62,024 bases of DNA from a virus (Duplodnaviria > Caudoviricetes): positions 1-62,024 of the IMG/VR virus record IMGVR_UViG_3300031753_000006. One strand, 5' to 3'. This document shows positions 37,942-46,797 of the stretch, one piece after another. Both the position numbers and the translations under genes were made by a program. The notes under the pieces were generated by a model that saw nothing but the letters and a program-made list of their open reading frames with translations, ran no database searches and was not told where the DNA came from. The number at the start of each line of letters is the position of its first letter. Positions within the stretch are counted from its first letter, which is position 1.

Positions 37942-39005
37942 GTAGGCCTCCATGACTTGACGGCATTGACTACAGATATCTGTTCGATTGAATTCATCCT
38001 TGTATAGAATGGCAATCGCAGTAATTGATTCGCCGCACGCACGGTGTTGGGAAAGTCCTTGTCGTCCAATCCAAATCGACGATGAAGTGGTTGGTAGTGG
38101 ATCACTGCTTGAATACCGCGGTCGGCGAGGTGTTTGATCAGGCTCGTGCGCGCCTCTGGAGTGGGGGCAACCAGGTAATACATATGGAATGACTGTTCGC
38201 AGGCAGGTGGTATACACGGGCGCACAAATCCAAAGTTGCTTGCCCACGCTGCTAACTCGACGTCATATCCGTACCACAGCCTAGCCCGCTTATTTTGGAT
38301 CACATCGGCGCATTCCAGTTGTCCCAACAACATCGCGGCCAACACATCAGACGGTGAGTACGACGATCCATACCCCACCCAAGTGTACTTATCCACGTCT
38401 CCACGATTCATCGCCTGCCGGTTCGTTCCCTTGTCGCGGATGATGTACGCACGTTCGATCAAGGACGGGTCGTTGATGATCAGTGCGCCACCCTCACCCA
38501 TGTTAAAGTTCTTCGTGTTATGGAACGATAGAGCGGCCAGCCGACCGAATGTACCGAGATACTTGCCATTGTACTTGGCGAGGAAGGCGTGGGCACAATC
38601 TTCAATTACATTATCGCTATTCAGTGGCGCAGCTACGCCAGCGTAGTGAAGGACCACGTCAGTCTGCACTTCTGCGTTTTGCGTTTGTGAATCCACATCC
38701 ACGAAGAACGTGTTGTCAGTTATGTTAGCAATTGACGGAAATCCATAAGACGGCAATGTCATTCCAGGCCGGTCATACAGTTTTGCCGCCATCTCCAATG
38801 CCGCCGTGCCAGACGTCGTCAACAACACTTTTGGCACACCCAACTCCTGTTCGATCCACCGCTCGCACTCTCGAGTGTACGGCCCGTCGCCACCAGGATC
38901 GGACATCGCCTTGGCTGCTAGTTCCCTCGAACGTTCGGGGATCCAAGCGCGGTTGAATGGTATTGAGTACTGTGGTTGTGGTTGTGGTTGTATCACTTCG
39001 GCCAC
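37932..39005 (-). CDS. rffA: DegT/DnrJ-family sugar aminotransferase, WecE/RffA-like
   Basis: LLTTSGTAALEMAA, IEDCAH, SFHNTKN, GEGG, RDKGTNR, VDKYTW. Confidence 0.88.
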   Translation of the reverse strand: MAEVIQPQPQPQYSIPFNRAWIPERSRELAAKAMSDPGGDGPYTRECERWIEQELGVPKVLLTTSGTAALEMAAKLYDRPGMTLPSYGFPSIANITDNTFFVDVDSQTQNAEVQTDVVLHYAGVAAPLNSDNVIEDCAHAFLAKYNGKYLGTFGRLAALSFHNTKNFNMGEGGALIINDPSLIERAYIIRDKGTNRQAMNRGDVDKYTWVGYGSSYSPSDVLAAMLLGQLECADVIQNKRARLWYGYDVELAAWASNFGFVRPCIPPACEQSFHMYYLVAPTPEARTSLIKHLADRGIQAVIHYQPLHRRFGLDDKDFPNTVRAANQLLRLPFYTRMNSIEQISVVNAVKSWRPTCA

Positions 39006-39556
39006 TCCCGGCGCTTACGGATGTACTGCAGCGTCTCTTCAGGCTGTGGGTATTCGACCACCGTGCCGTTCAGGATAGCAGGCAAGTGAGCGTGAACCAG
39101 ATCGACGTAGAGAGGGGTCAAGCGGTTCCACACGCTACGAACAGTCTCACCGGCATGGATAACTTCCCGTCTCTGCCCAATGATCGGGCCGGCGTCCACT
39201 GTCTTCTCCATTCGGAACATCGTTACACCAGTTTCTTTAGCGCCCTCTTCAACAGCCCAGACAACGGGTGAGCAGCCGCGGAACTTAGGCAGGAGGGAGT
39301 CGTGGAGGCAGTAAGCGCCTAACTTAGCTGCCGCGCAGAATTCCTCGGGGATCCACTGCCGCCAGTTCACAGCAAGCAGGACGTCACACTCAGGAGTGTA
39401 AGCAATCGAAGGGAATGTTCGCAAGTTTTTCACGTACGCTGGTTCCCCTTGTTGTTCCAAGGATGTGATAATCGATACATCGTCTCTTTGCTCGTACAGA
39501 TACTTCATGACCTCGACCGCCCGCTGCGTATTCCCGTACAGGTTAATCCTAGCCAT
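38993..39556 (-). CDS. Formyltransferase (Fmt/ArnA N-terminal domain), probable sugar N-formyltransferase
   Basis: HDSLLPKFRGCSP, ETGVTMF, VDAGPII. Confidence 0.85.
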   Translation of the reverse strand: MARINLYGNTQRAVEVMKYLYEQRDDVSIITSLEQQGEPAYVKNLRTFPSIAYTPECDVLLAVNWRQWIPEEFCAAAKLGAYCLHDSLLPKFRGCSPVVWAVEEGAKETGVTMFRMEKTVDAGPIIGQRREVIHAGETVRSVWNRLTPLYVDLVHAHLPAILNGTVVEYPQPEETLQYIRKRREWPK

Positions 39557-40244
39557 TCGTCACCTGTGTTCGCAGCCGGATCCACTCGTCGAACTCAGCC
39601 GCGCCGTACAGTTCGAGCATCCGTTCCCTCTCTCGTGCAGCATGTGGAGCGATTATATCCTGCATTTTGTTGACGGTCAACATGTTTTTGTGCTCGACGA
39701 CTGAGAGGCCGGTGCGACCGACGTGGAATCCCAACTTGGTCATTCGTATAGACATGTCTTGGTCGCAGTAGCGCCACGGGAAGTTGACCTCGTCCCACCC
39801 ACCCATCGACTCCCACAGACTGCGCTCCGTTAGGAAGCACGCGCCCCAATGAGCGTTCGGTGTCCAGTCCGGTCGACCGGCCGTTTCCTCGGGCGCGACG
39901 ATACCCGAGCCGTGCTTCTGGTATGCGGTCAGCAGGCCCTCCAACCACCCCGGCGTCACGTATACGTCGTTGGACATGAAGACGGCGTATCGGGTGCGCG
40001 CTAGGGCGACTCCCATGTTGAACGGACGAGCGGCGCCGAGTGGATTGGCAGTGCGAATGTACGTAACATCATCTCGTAAATCAAAATCTTGAATCCCAAC
40101 CGCAAGTGATCCATTCTCGATTAAGACAAGGTCGTATAGATTACGTGGAGTATTGTCTGCCAATTGATTTGCGCACTTAGATGTAGAATCTATAAGCTCC
40201 TGGTCAATCAAGCACACCGGCAGTACAATCGTCACATCCTTCAC
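39549..40244 (-). CDS. Glycosyltransferase family 2
   Basis: IENGS, FMSNDV, GGWDE...YCDQD. Confidence 0.85.
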   Translation of the reverse strand: MKDVTIVLPVCLIDQELIDSTSKCANQLADNTPRNLYDLVLIENGSLAVGIQDFDLRDDVTYIRTANPLGAARPFNMGVALARTRYAVFMSNDVYVTPGWLEGLLTAYQKHGSGIVAPEETAGRPDWTPNAHWGACFLTERSLWESMGGWDEVNFPWRYCDQDMSIRMTKLGFHVGRTGLSVVEHKNMLTVNKMQDIIAPHAARERERMLELYGAAEFDEWIRLRTQVTNG

Positions 40245-40795
40245 GGTTTCCTCCGAATCGCTAGTGTATTATACACTCCCAGATCCTCCCAGCCCTTGGT
40301 GTACTCATCCAGCACAGTCACGATATCTGGATAGGCTGGATTGCCGTAGTCATGTGCGCACACGACACCACCCGAACGGAGCATTGGCAGGTATAGCAAA
40401 CAGTCGTTCGTAATGCCCGCGTGAGTATGGTCGCCGTCGATGTGTAGCAAACTAATAGGACCGCACACGTACTGGACCGCCATTGCCGACCTCATTTTAT
40501 ACACGCGCCAATTCCAGTAATACTGGAATTTGTCTTCGATATTTCGTTTGAATGCTGGGATTGCACCGCCTTCCATCCACACGAACGGATCAATCAACGT
40601 AACATGAGATCCTTGATTAACCGCGCACTGAAGTAAAATCGACGACGACTTACCAGCCCAACATCCGATCTCAACTTTATCTCCACAATTGGAGTTAGCC
40701 TGTTCGAATAGCGCCCGAGATTCCTCCTCGCCGAACCACCCATCGATCGTACTAGTGTACTTCCACATGTCCTCAAAGGTCAGCCGTCCGCTCAT
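40241..40795 (-). CDS. Class I SAM methyltransferase (Methyltransf_24-like)
   Basis: VEIGCWAGKSS, LLHIDGDH, GGVVCAHDY. Confidence 0.88.
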   Translation of the reverse strand: MSGRLTFEDMWKYTSTIDGWFGEEESRALFEQANSNCGDKVEIGCWAGKSSSILLQCAVNQGSHVTLIDPFVWMEGGAIPAFKRNIEDKFQYYWNWRVYKMRSAMAVQYVCGPISLLHIDGDHTHAGITNDCLLYLPMLRSGGVVCAHDYGNPAYPDIVTVLDEYTKGWEDLGVYNTLAIRRKP

Positions 40796-41490
40796 AAGTA
40801 CAACACTCCTGGTACTCGTTCAATCAGTTCGTGGCCAGAGATCAGTTCGCCCTTGCTGTTGGTTATGCCGCAGTGGGCCATGATAGGCGGCGTCACATAA
40901 CCCACCACACCATCACCACACTTCACGACCTCTCGGCAGAACGCAAAGTCTTCTGACTGACCAATCCCTCCAGCGTCGGTCACGTAAGGCCCAAACAACT
41001 CCCAACACTTCCACGTCATGAAATGGCAGTAACCGGCGACGGCGTCGGTCCATTCAAATTGTGAATGTGTACCTCCCGTCGTAACACCATTCGGCTTATG
41101 GTACGGATGACGGACGCCACCAACCACAGTCGGGCAATTGGGATCCCGCACGGCCCATTGCATCGGCTCCAACCACCCCGGAAACACGCACACATCATTG
41201 TCCAACACACACAGCCACTCGCCGCGGCCGAACATCATCTCGCTATGTCGCACGCCCAGATTCTTGAGTGCGCCCAAGCAATGCCGGCTGCCTATCACAC
41301 GAACGACCGTTGTGTTCTTCGGATTGTAGAGAGCTTGGTTGTCGAGGAAGTTGCGGACGCGGAAGTCAGTCGATTCGTCATCAACGAGTGTGAGGGTGTA
41401 GGCGGCCGGGTCGGTGTTGCGGCGGATCGACTCGAGGCACTGGACAGTGAGCCGGTACCTGTCGTGGCAGAGGATGACGATGTTGGTCAT
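40792..41490 (-). CDS. Glycosyltransferase family 2
   Basis: LVDDESTD, LDNDV, SEDFAF. Confidence 0.87.
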   Translation of the reverse strand: MTNIVILCHDRYRLTVQCLESIRRNTDPAAYTLTLVDDESTDFRVRNFLDNQALYNPKNTTVVRVIGSRHCLGALKNLGVRHSEMMFGRGEWLCVLDNDVCVFPGWLEPMQWAVRDPNCPTVVGGVRHPYHKPNGVTTGGTHSQFEWTDAVAGYCHFMTWKCWELFGPYVTDAGGIGQSEDFAFCREVVKCGDGVVGYVTPPIMAHCGITNSKGELISGHELIERVPGVLYL

Positions 41491-42212
41491 TGGTTCACCT
41501 TGATAGGCAAGACATCTGTATAATTCTCATACAAAAAGCGATGCGGCAGTTGATGATCCTTCTCTAATGTGTGCCCTTGGAGCCACTTGGCCTGCCGATA
41601 AGTCGGCTTAGTAGAGGATCCACCACCATGATGTGTACACGACACACCAGACATCCACACTTCCTTGCCAAATCGAGCCGATTCGCACGCGACCCACAGG
41701 TCCAAACAATGATGAGTGAGGCGATTAACTGGCCACCCACCACAACGACGAATAAAATCAGTACGTACTGCCATAAAGAATGCATCAACAACTGCGACAC
41801 GCCTGTCTCCCTTCTCCAACTCGCCGTGCGTTTGCCAGTCCGTCTGGTTGCTCACATATCCCTGCCGAGCAAGGTTACGGAGTTGATACCGAGTCTTGTA
41901 GAGATCGTCACTTCCAAGTTGGACGGCACCGCCTAGCCCGACACACACACATTCGGGATTGTTGAACAAGTGCGTGACGCGGTCAATCCATAATGGGTCG
42001 TGGATCGTGACATCGTCGTGGATGTAAATTACAACTTCCGATTCCGATTCAACTGCGGTTCTAAATAAATCTTCATATGCAAGGCAAGGTTGGTACTTGT
42101 TATCCCGGTTGTCAAACGAATTGTCCAGTTCGATCAACGGGTTCGCATCCGGCGCCCACGATTGTTGCGGCCCAGGCCCACCGCACAACACACTGACAAC
42201 CTCAACTGTCAC
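41487..42212 (-). CDS. GT-A fold glycosyltransferase-like protein
   Basis: IYIHDDV, VAVVDAFFMAVR, HHCLDL, CTHHGG. Confidence 0.75.
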   Translation of the reverse strand: MTVEVVSVLCGGPGPQQSWAPDANPLIELDNSFDNRDNKYQPCLAYEDLFRTAVESESEVVIYIHDDVTIHDPLWIDRVTHLFNNPECVCVGLGGAVQLGSDDLYKTRYQLRNLARQGYVSNQTDWQTHGELEKGDRRVAVVDAFFMAVRTDFIRRCGGWPVNRLTHHCLDLWVACESARFGKEVWMSGVSCTHHGGGSSTKPTYRQAKWLQGHTLEKDHQLPHRFLYENYTDVLPIKVNQ

Positions 42213-42457
42213 TCAACCTCCAGTTCGGACGCATGTTCTTTCGACCAAGTGATCAGACTGTAACGCGAGCCGACGTCATATCCTTGCGCCGTTAGCTTGG
42301 CCCGCACTCTGGACAACTGCACCTTCATCGTGCCCACCGCGATTCCGATCATGGCCGCGACCTGCTTGTCTGTGCCCGCCGTCTTGGCGAATGCAATGAC
42401 AATAGACCGTTCGCGCGGCGTCAAGTGGTACACGGAACTTCTCGTCGGCTCAACCAT
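42209..42457 (-). CDS. LuxR-type HTH regulator
   Basis: LTPRE...DKQVAAMIGIAVGTMKVQLSRVRAKL. Confidence 0.8.
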   Translation of the reverse strand: MVEPTRSSVYHLTPRERSIVIAFAKTAGTDKQVAAMIGIAVGTMKVQLSRVRAKLTAQGYDVGSRYSLITWSKEHASELEVE

Positions 42458-43712
42458 TCAATCCTCCCAGCCCTTCCTGAAACCACTTCTTCCAAGTCAC
42501 CGACAACTTCGGCCAATCAAGATGCGCCACACTATCCCGCAGCTCCGCCCGTTTGAACTCTGGATCCTCGTCCACAATCCTGATCGCCTGAGCGGCCGAT
42601 TGTGCGAACGCATAGCCGGACACAAGAGCACGGCGTAGGTTGTACGGTGTATCGACGTGAGTACCGATCGGCCTCACCCTGTACTCTTCAGGGACGAGTT
42701 CTGGGCCGGCGGCGTGGTCGGTAACGATACACGGAACACCACAAGCCAACGATTCCACAATGGGAAAGCCAAAACCCTCGCCTCTTGATGGAAGGATTGT
42801 GCAGTCGCAGCCCGAATACCTAAGCGCCATTTGCGCATCTGAAAGTAGTACTGTGACGTGCATGTCGTCCCGTCCAAGGCCATAATCCGCGGCAAGACCG
42901 GGAAAAGACCAGTAGCGTTCGGGTACATCAGTATGAAACCAAGCGTGGAACCGGTTGCCATAGTGCTCCTTCATCGCCGCCGCACACTCGAACGCCGCGC
43001 CCCAGTCCTTTCTGAACTGGTTCGTCATCACGCAGCCGAGGACGACCTTCCCTTCCCATCCAAGCTTGGCCTTTGCGCCATCGTCTCGTTTGAACTTGTC
43101 GAGCCATATTCCGTGTGGCATCCAGTCCGCGTCAGGTCGGCCAGATCGCTGAAGTACGTCACATCCCCATCTTGATGAAGCAGCAATTCGATCAAAACCT
43201 GCCGCAGCAGCCGCAGCAAGCGCCGGGAGTGTTGCTCCATTTGGGCCCGCGGCGTCCACAGGCGTATACGCCCACTTTTGGAAATTGCGACCTTCACCGA
43301 GGAACCTTTCGAGGTTGGGTCCCGTACCTCGAGGCTGACTAAACCAGAGGAGCCGGGTGAGGTCCCAGTTCGAGAAGATGATGCCGTCCTTACCGCCGCT
43401 AAAGTCGTTCCAGACATGTTCGATATATTCCTCTCCCCACTGAGCGGACTCAGGGTAGTTGTACTGCATCCAAGACCATGTGCGGCGATTAATGCCGCCG
43501 CGGCCGAGATAACCGACTCGAAACTCAGGCATTGAGACGAGCAAGTCAGCTAGATCGCGACCGACTCGGCTCAACCCGCCTTGAACAGACGGGCAATCAG
43601 ACAGAATTAGAATCGGGATGGGCTTACGCCTATCAAGTTTGATCATGTTAGTTGTTTTTGTGGTCGCCGCCCTCGTTAGTCGAGGATAGCGACAGTCGAT
43701 GAAAACAGCCAA
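42450..43712 (-). CDS. Glycosyltransferase family 4 (GT-B)
   Basis: PHGI, NQFRKD, LPSRGEGFGFPIVESLACGVPCI; true start may be ATG 43646. Confidence 0.9.
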   Translation of the reverse strand: MAVFIDCRYPRLTRAATTKTTNMIKLDRRKPIPILILSDCPSVQGGLSRVGRDLADLLVSMPEFRVGYLGRGGINRRTWSWMQYNYPESAQWGEEYIEHVWNDFSGGKDGIIFSNWDLTRLLWFSQPRGTGPNLERFLGEGRNFQKWAYTPVDAAGPNGATLPALAAAAAAGFDRIAASSRWGCDVLQRSGRPDADWMPHGIWLDKFKRDDGAKAKLGWEGKVVLGCVMTNQFRKDWGAAFECAAAMKEHYGNRFHAWFHTDVPERYWSFPGLAADYGLGRDDMHVTVLLSDAQMALRYSGCDCTILPSRGEGFGFPIVESLACGVPCIVTDHAAGPELVPEEYRVRPIGTHVDTPYNLRRALVSGYAFAQSAAQAIRIVDEDPEFKRAELRDSVAHLDWPKLSVTWKKWFQEGLGGLNG

Positions 43713-43757
43713 ACCAGAAATTCAAATAGTTCAAGCATGTGATTGTGTCCGTTACCG

Positions 43758-43931
43758 TTACTTCTTTTTTGCGCTCACTCGACTCGGCAGTCCCTTGCGC
43801 GGCGTCGACGCGAAGTCATGCAACTGGCCCTTCGACATCTTGGCCAGACTCTTGTTCTGAGGCTTCAACTTCGACGGGCTGTGTTCGGCGATCGCCATTG
43901 CCTGTTGTTGTGCTTTTGAGACTGCTGGCAT
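43758..43931 (-). CDS. Small basic protein, DUF3008-like
   Basis: MPAVSKAQQQAMAIA...QLHDFAST...LP. Confidence 0.7.
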   Translation of the reverse strand: MPAVSKAQQQAMAIAEHSPSKLKPQNKSLAKMSKGQLHDFASTPRKGLPSRVSAKKK

Positions 43932-43939
43932 ACCACACA

Positions 43940-43969
43940 AGCATACTACCGATCGATACCGATTGTCAA
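43940..43969 (-). promoter_or_regulatory. Sigma70 promoter heading the glycan cluster
   Basis: TTGACA-N18-TATGCT-N8-ATG on the - strand. Confidence 0.6.
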
Positions 43970-43973
43970 TACC

Positions 43974-44345
43974 CTAATCGCCCGTCATCGCTTCAAACTC
44001 AACCACGTTAAACGGCTTCCCACGACGTTTGCTCGCGGCGATCTGTGACGGCGTCACCCCATTCTCGACCAGCAGTTCGGCCGAGATAGTTTCCCGCCCA
44101 TCTTGCTGCCGGATGATCACGACATGTGGGCCGTCGCGCACGCCATACCGGCCTTCTGGGTTGACCAGCCCTTGCTCCTCGATCACAATCTCCGCGATAC
44201 GTTTCTTGACTTCGTCAAAGCGGGCGATCAAGTTTTTGAGTGAGTGGCCCTCACGAACGAGCGCGCGGAGTTCCGGTTGGCACTGAGTGGGACATTCCGA
44301 GACTTCCAAGAAGTTGAAGAGTGTTTCGTCTGATCGTTTGGCCAT
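43974..44345 (-). CDS. Hypothetical protein
   Basis: GAGGT RBS; coiled segment. Confidence 0.65.
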   Translation of the reverse strand: MAKRSDETLFNFLEVSECPTQCQPELRALVREGHSLKNLIARFDEVKKRIAEIVIEEQGLVNPEGRYGVRDGPHVVIIRQQDGRETISAELLVENGVTPSQIAASKRRGKPFNVVEFEAMTGD

Positions 44346-44402
44346 GGATATGCGAACCTCAATAAAAAAGTGTGGGTGCGGTCGAAGATAATCGCGTCTG
44401 AA

Positions 44403-45923
44403 TCACTCTTTCACCCACTTTGTCATCAGTTTGCCGTCCGACTTGATCGGCACCTTACACATCCTAACGCCGGTTTGCCGGTCAGTCAAGACATTTCCCA
44501 TAACTTCTTCCATGACGGCTTGAACGACCTCGCCTTGGTCTTCCGGTACTTCGTGCAGGAATTCGTCATATACGTGCATCAGCGGATAGACTGGGATCCC
44601 GTACTCAGCCAGCACATTGAACCGCTCAGTCATCTCGCCCATCGCTAGTTTGGCCAGATCCGCGTTGAACCCCTGAATGCCGTGATTCGATCCTTGCCTC
44701 ACACCGGCCTCTTGCACGTACCCAAGGAAGGACTGCGTCTCGGGAATCCGGCGTACACGACCACATCGCGTCCACGCAATCCCATACCGCCTTATACTCT
44801 CTTCCTCGGCATTAAGGTACCTTCGCACGCTAGGGTAAATTCCGAACCAGCGTTCGATGAACTGCGCACACCAAGATTCATCCATCCATTCTGGTAACGC
44901 CGTGTTGGCAGAAGCGTACGTGACCGCCATGAGGTCGAGAAGCCCGAGTCCAGTGATGAGATAACATACAGCGAAATTGACGTTCTTACAAGGCGCGCGA
45001 TGAAATAACTTGTCAACATTCGCAGGATCATCAATTCCAAACGCTGCCATCGCTGTCGCAACATGTATATCTCCATCCTCCTGGTAAATCCGAATCATCG
45101 TTGGGTCGCCCGAACGATCAGCCAGTAGCCTCAGTTCGATCTGCGCCCAATCCCTCTGCGCGATCACATGCCCTTCCGACGCAATAAAGCCGGCGCGGAT
45201 CTCTCGACCCAATACAGTTCTCGCCGGTATGTTCGCTAAGTTTGGATTCTTGCTAGCAATACGTCCAGTAGCTGTACGAGTCGTTGTAATCTGAGTATGT
45301 ACTCGGAGTTCATCGGTGTAGTGATGTCGTCCACAGGCAGGACAATCTCGTCCAGCAGGGTGCCGTCGTGCTCTACGCGGCATACTATCAACATACGTTC
45401 CCTTGAGTTTAGCGCACTCGCGGTAGTCGAGAATCAGCCGGACTACCGGGAATTCCCTCTTGAACTGCTCGAGCGTTTTTTTGCCGGTCGAGAGTTTGCC
45501 GCCGCGGGTCTTTTTGATGTCAACTGCGGAGTTGGTGTGTATGTCGAGTACGTTATAGAGTAGACGCGAAATTTGTTCGCTCGAATCCACGTTAAAAGAT
45601 TCTTCAAATGTGCTGGATCCGAGACTGGGTGAGTTATCATCGACATTGCTTTCGTCCTCCTCGTCTTCCGTGCTCAACTCTACGAATTTGTCCAATTTGT
45701 CGGCCGGGATCTCGTTCACTATATCCGCGCGCAGGTCGCCCATCCGCTGGCCGAGACGGAAGGACAGGTCGGCGAAGTGGCCGGGATCGATACGCAGGCC
45801 ATAACGCTGCATCTGGGAGATCATGGGCAGCGGGAGAACGTCCAAACGACGGATATTCTCAGGCGATGGACGGTCGGTGATCTCGATACCGCCGAAAAGT
45901 GCCATTACGGTTGTTGCATCCAA
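44403..45923 (-). CDS. polA: DNA polymerase family A, polymerase domain only
   Basis: TATGRIASKNPNLANIP, DWAQIELR (motif A), KNVNFAVCY (B), NHGIQG, VYDE (C). Confidence 0.92.
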   Translation of the reverse strand: MDATTVMALFGGIEITDRPSPENIRRLDVLPLPMISQMQRYGLRIDPGHFADLSFRLGQRMGDLRADIVNEIPADKLDKFVELSTEDEEDESNVDDNSPSLGSSTFEESFNVDSSEQISRLLYNVLDIHTNSAVDIKKTRGGKLSTGKKTLEQFKREFPVVRLILDYRECAKLKGTYVDSMPRRARRHPAGRDCPACGRHHYTDELRVHTQITTTRTATGRIASKNPNLANIPARTVLGREIRAGFIASEGHVIAQRDWAQIELRLLADRSGDPTMIRIYQEDGDIHVATAMAAFGIDDPANVDKLFHRAPCKNVNFAVCYLITGLGLLDLMAVTYASANTALPEWMDESWCAQFIERWFGIYPSVRRYLNAEEESIRRYGIAWTRCGRVRRIPETQSFLGYVQEAGVRQGSNHGIQGFNADLAKLAMGEMTERFNVLAEYGIPVYPLMHVYDEFLHEVPEDQGEVVQAVMEEVMGNVLTDRQTGVRMCKVPIKSDGKLMTKWVKE

Positions 45924-46312
45924 AACATGTGGTCAGCCAAGTGCCGCAGCACATCTTCTACGCTGTCACAATGGATCATCGACGGCAAGAAGTAGAACAC
46001 CGTGTTTTTTTGTTCCTTACCACACAGAATGACTTTCTTTCGAGCGGCGATGGCCATGCCCAACTCCACGTACTTGCCGCGGCCGGGACGATCGCCGAAC
46101 TGATCGGTGAATAAGACCAGTGCATCTGCCCGCAACACATCTTGCACGTCCTTTTGGGCTTCGTCAATCTGGACTTCTGGGTGGTACGGGTCGATTGCTT
46201 GTGATTGATCCAACCACCGCGAAGTTACTTCAATGCCGCATTGGTTAAGCCGTTCCTTAACGCCGTTCAGCCATTCTTTGGCAGCATAGTTATGCGCTAA
46301 GTAGACTTTCAT
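45905..46312 (-). CDS. Nucleoside 2-deoxyribosyltransferase-like / nucleotide N-glycosidase
   Basis: KVYLA, VTSRW, DVQDVLRADALV, GKYVELGMAIA. Confidence 0.75.
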   Translation of the reverse strand: MKVYLAHNYAAKEWLNGVKERLNQCGIEVTSRWLDQSQAIDPYHPEVQIDEAQKDVQDVLRADALVLFTDQFGDRPGRGKYVELGMAIAARKKVILCGKEQKNTVFYFLPSMIHCDSVEDVLRHLADHMFWMQQP

Positions 46313-46797
46313 TTCGGCTCCTTGTACAAGCCTTCCGGCACTGTTGGGCCGCCATGCTCCAGATACCAGAATTCCATCATTGCGTTGTACGCAATCGCGG
46401 CTAGTTGCATCTTCAGGTCGCCGAACTTGTCATGCGGCTTTCGCGCACAGTAATCGGCGATATGCCCGATGATATGGTTGATCGGAGACTTCTCACCTTC
46501 GAGCCGGCTGTCGGTGTACTGTTCGACCGACCCATACTTCTCGGCAGCGTAATGCGCGATCTTGCCCATCAGGATGATGAATTGCCAGTTAAGTCTGTGG
46601 GTCTGATGGTCGACTGGTTGGCGCTTGGCCGATTTGACAGGAACCTCTGACGGGACGCGGATGAATATCTCACCGTCTCTTATCACTACGCGATCGGCAG
46701 CTTCCACACCAACAGGCACTTCTTGCACTCCATCTGCCCGCGGAACGGCCACATCATCGATTGATGGAACGATCGACACCACACTCTTCTCATCCAT
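46309..46797 (-). CDS. dATP/dGTP diphosphohydrolase-like (DUF5664) protein
   Basis: HYAAEKYG...NHIIGH...LAAIAYNAMM. Confidence 0.6.
   Translation of the reverse strand: MDEKSVVSIVPSIDDVAVPRADGVQEVPVGVEAADRVVIRDGEIFIRVPSEVPVKSAKRQPVDHQTHRLNWQFIILMGKIAHYAAEKYGSVEQYTDSRLEGEKSPINHIIGHIADYCARKPHDKFGDLKMQLAAIAYNAMMEFWYLEHGGPTVPEGLYKEPK

Noticed and set aside
38993-39556. True methionyl-tRNA formyltransferase
   Set aside because: Lacks the C-terminal tRNA-binding domain and is coupled to a sugar aminotransferase.
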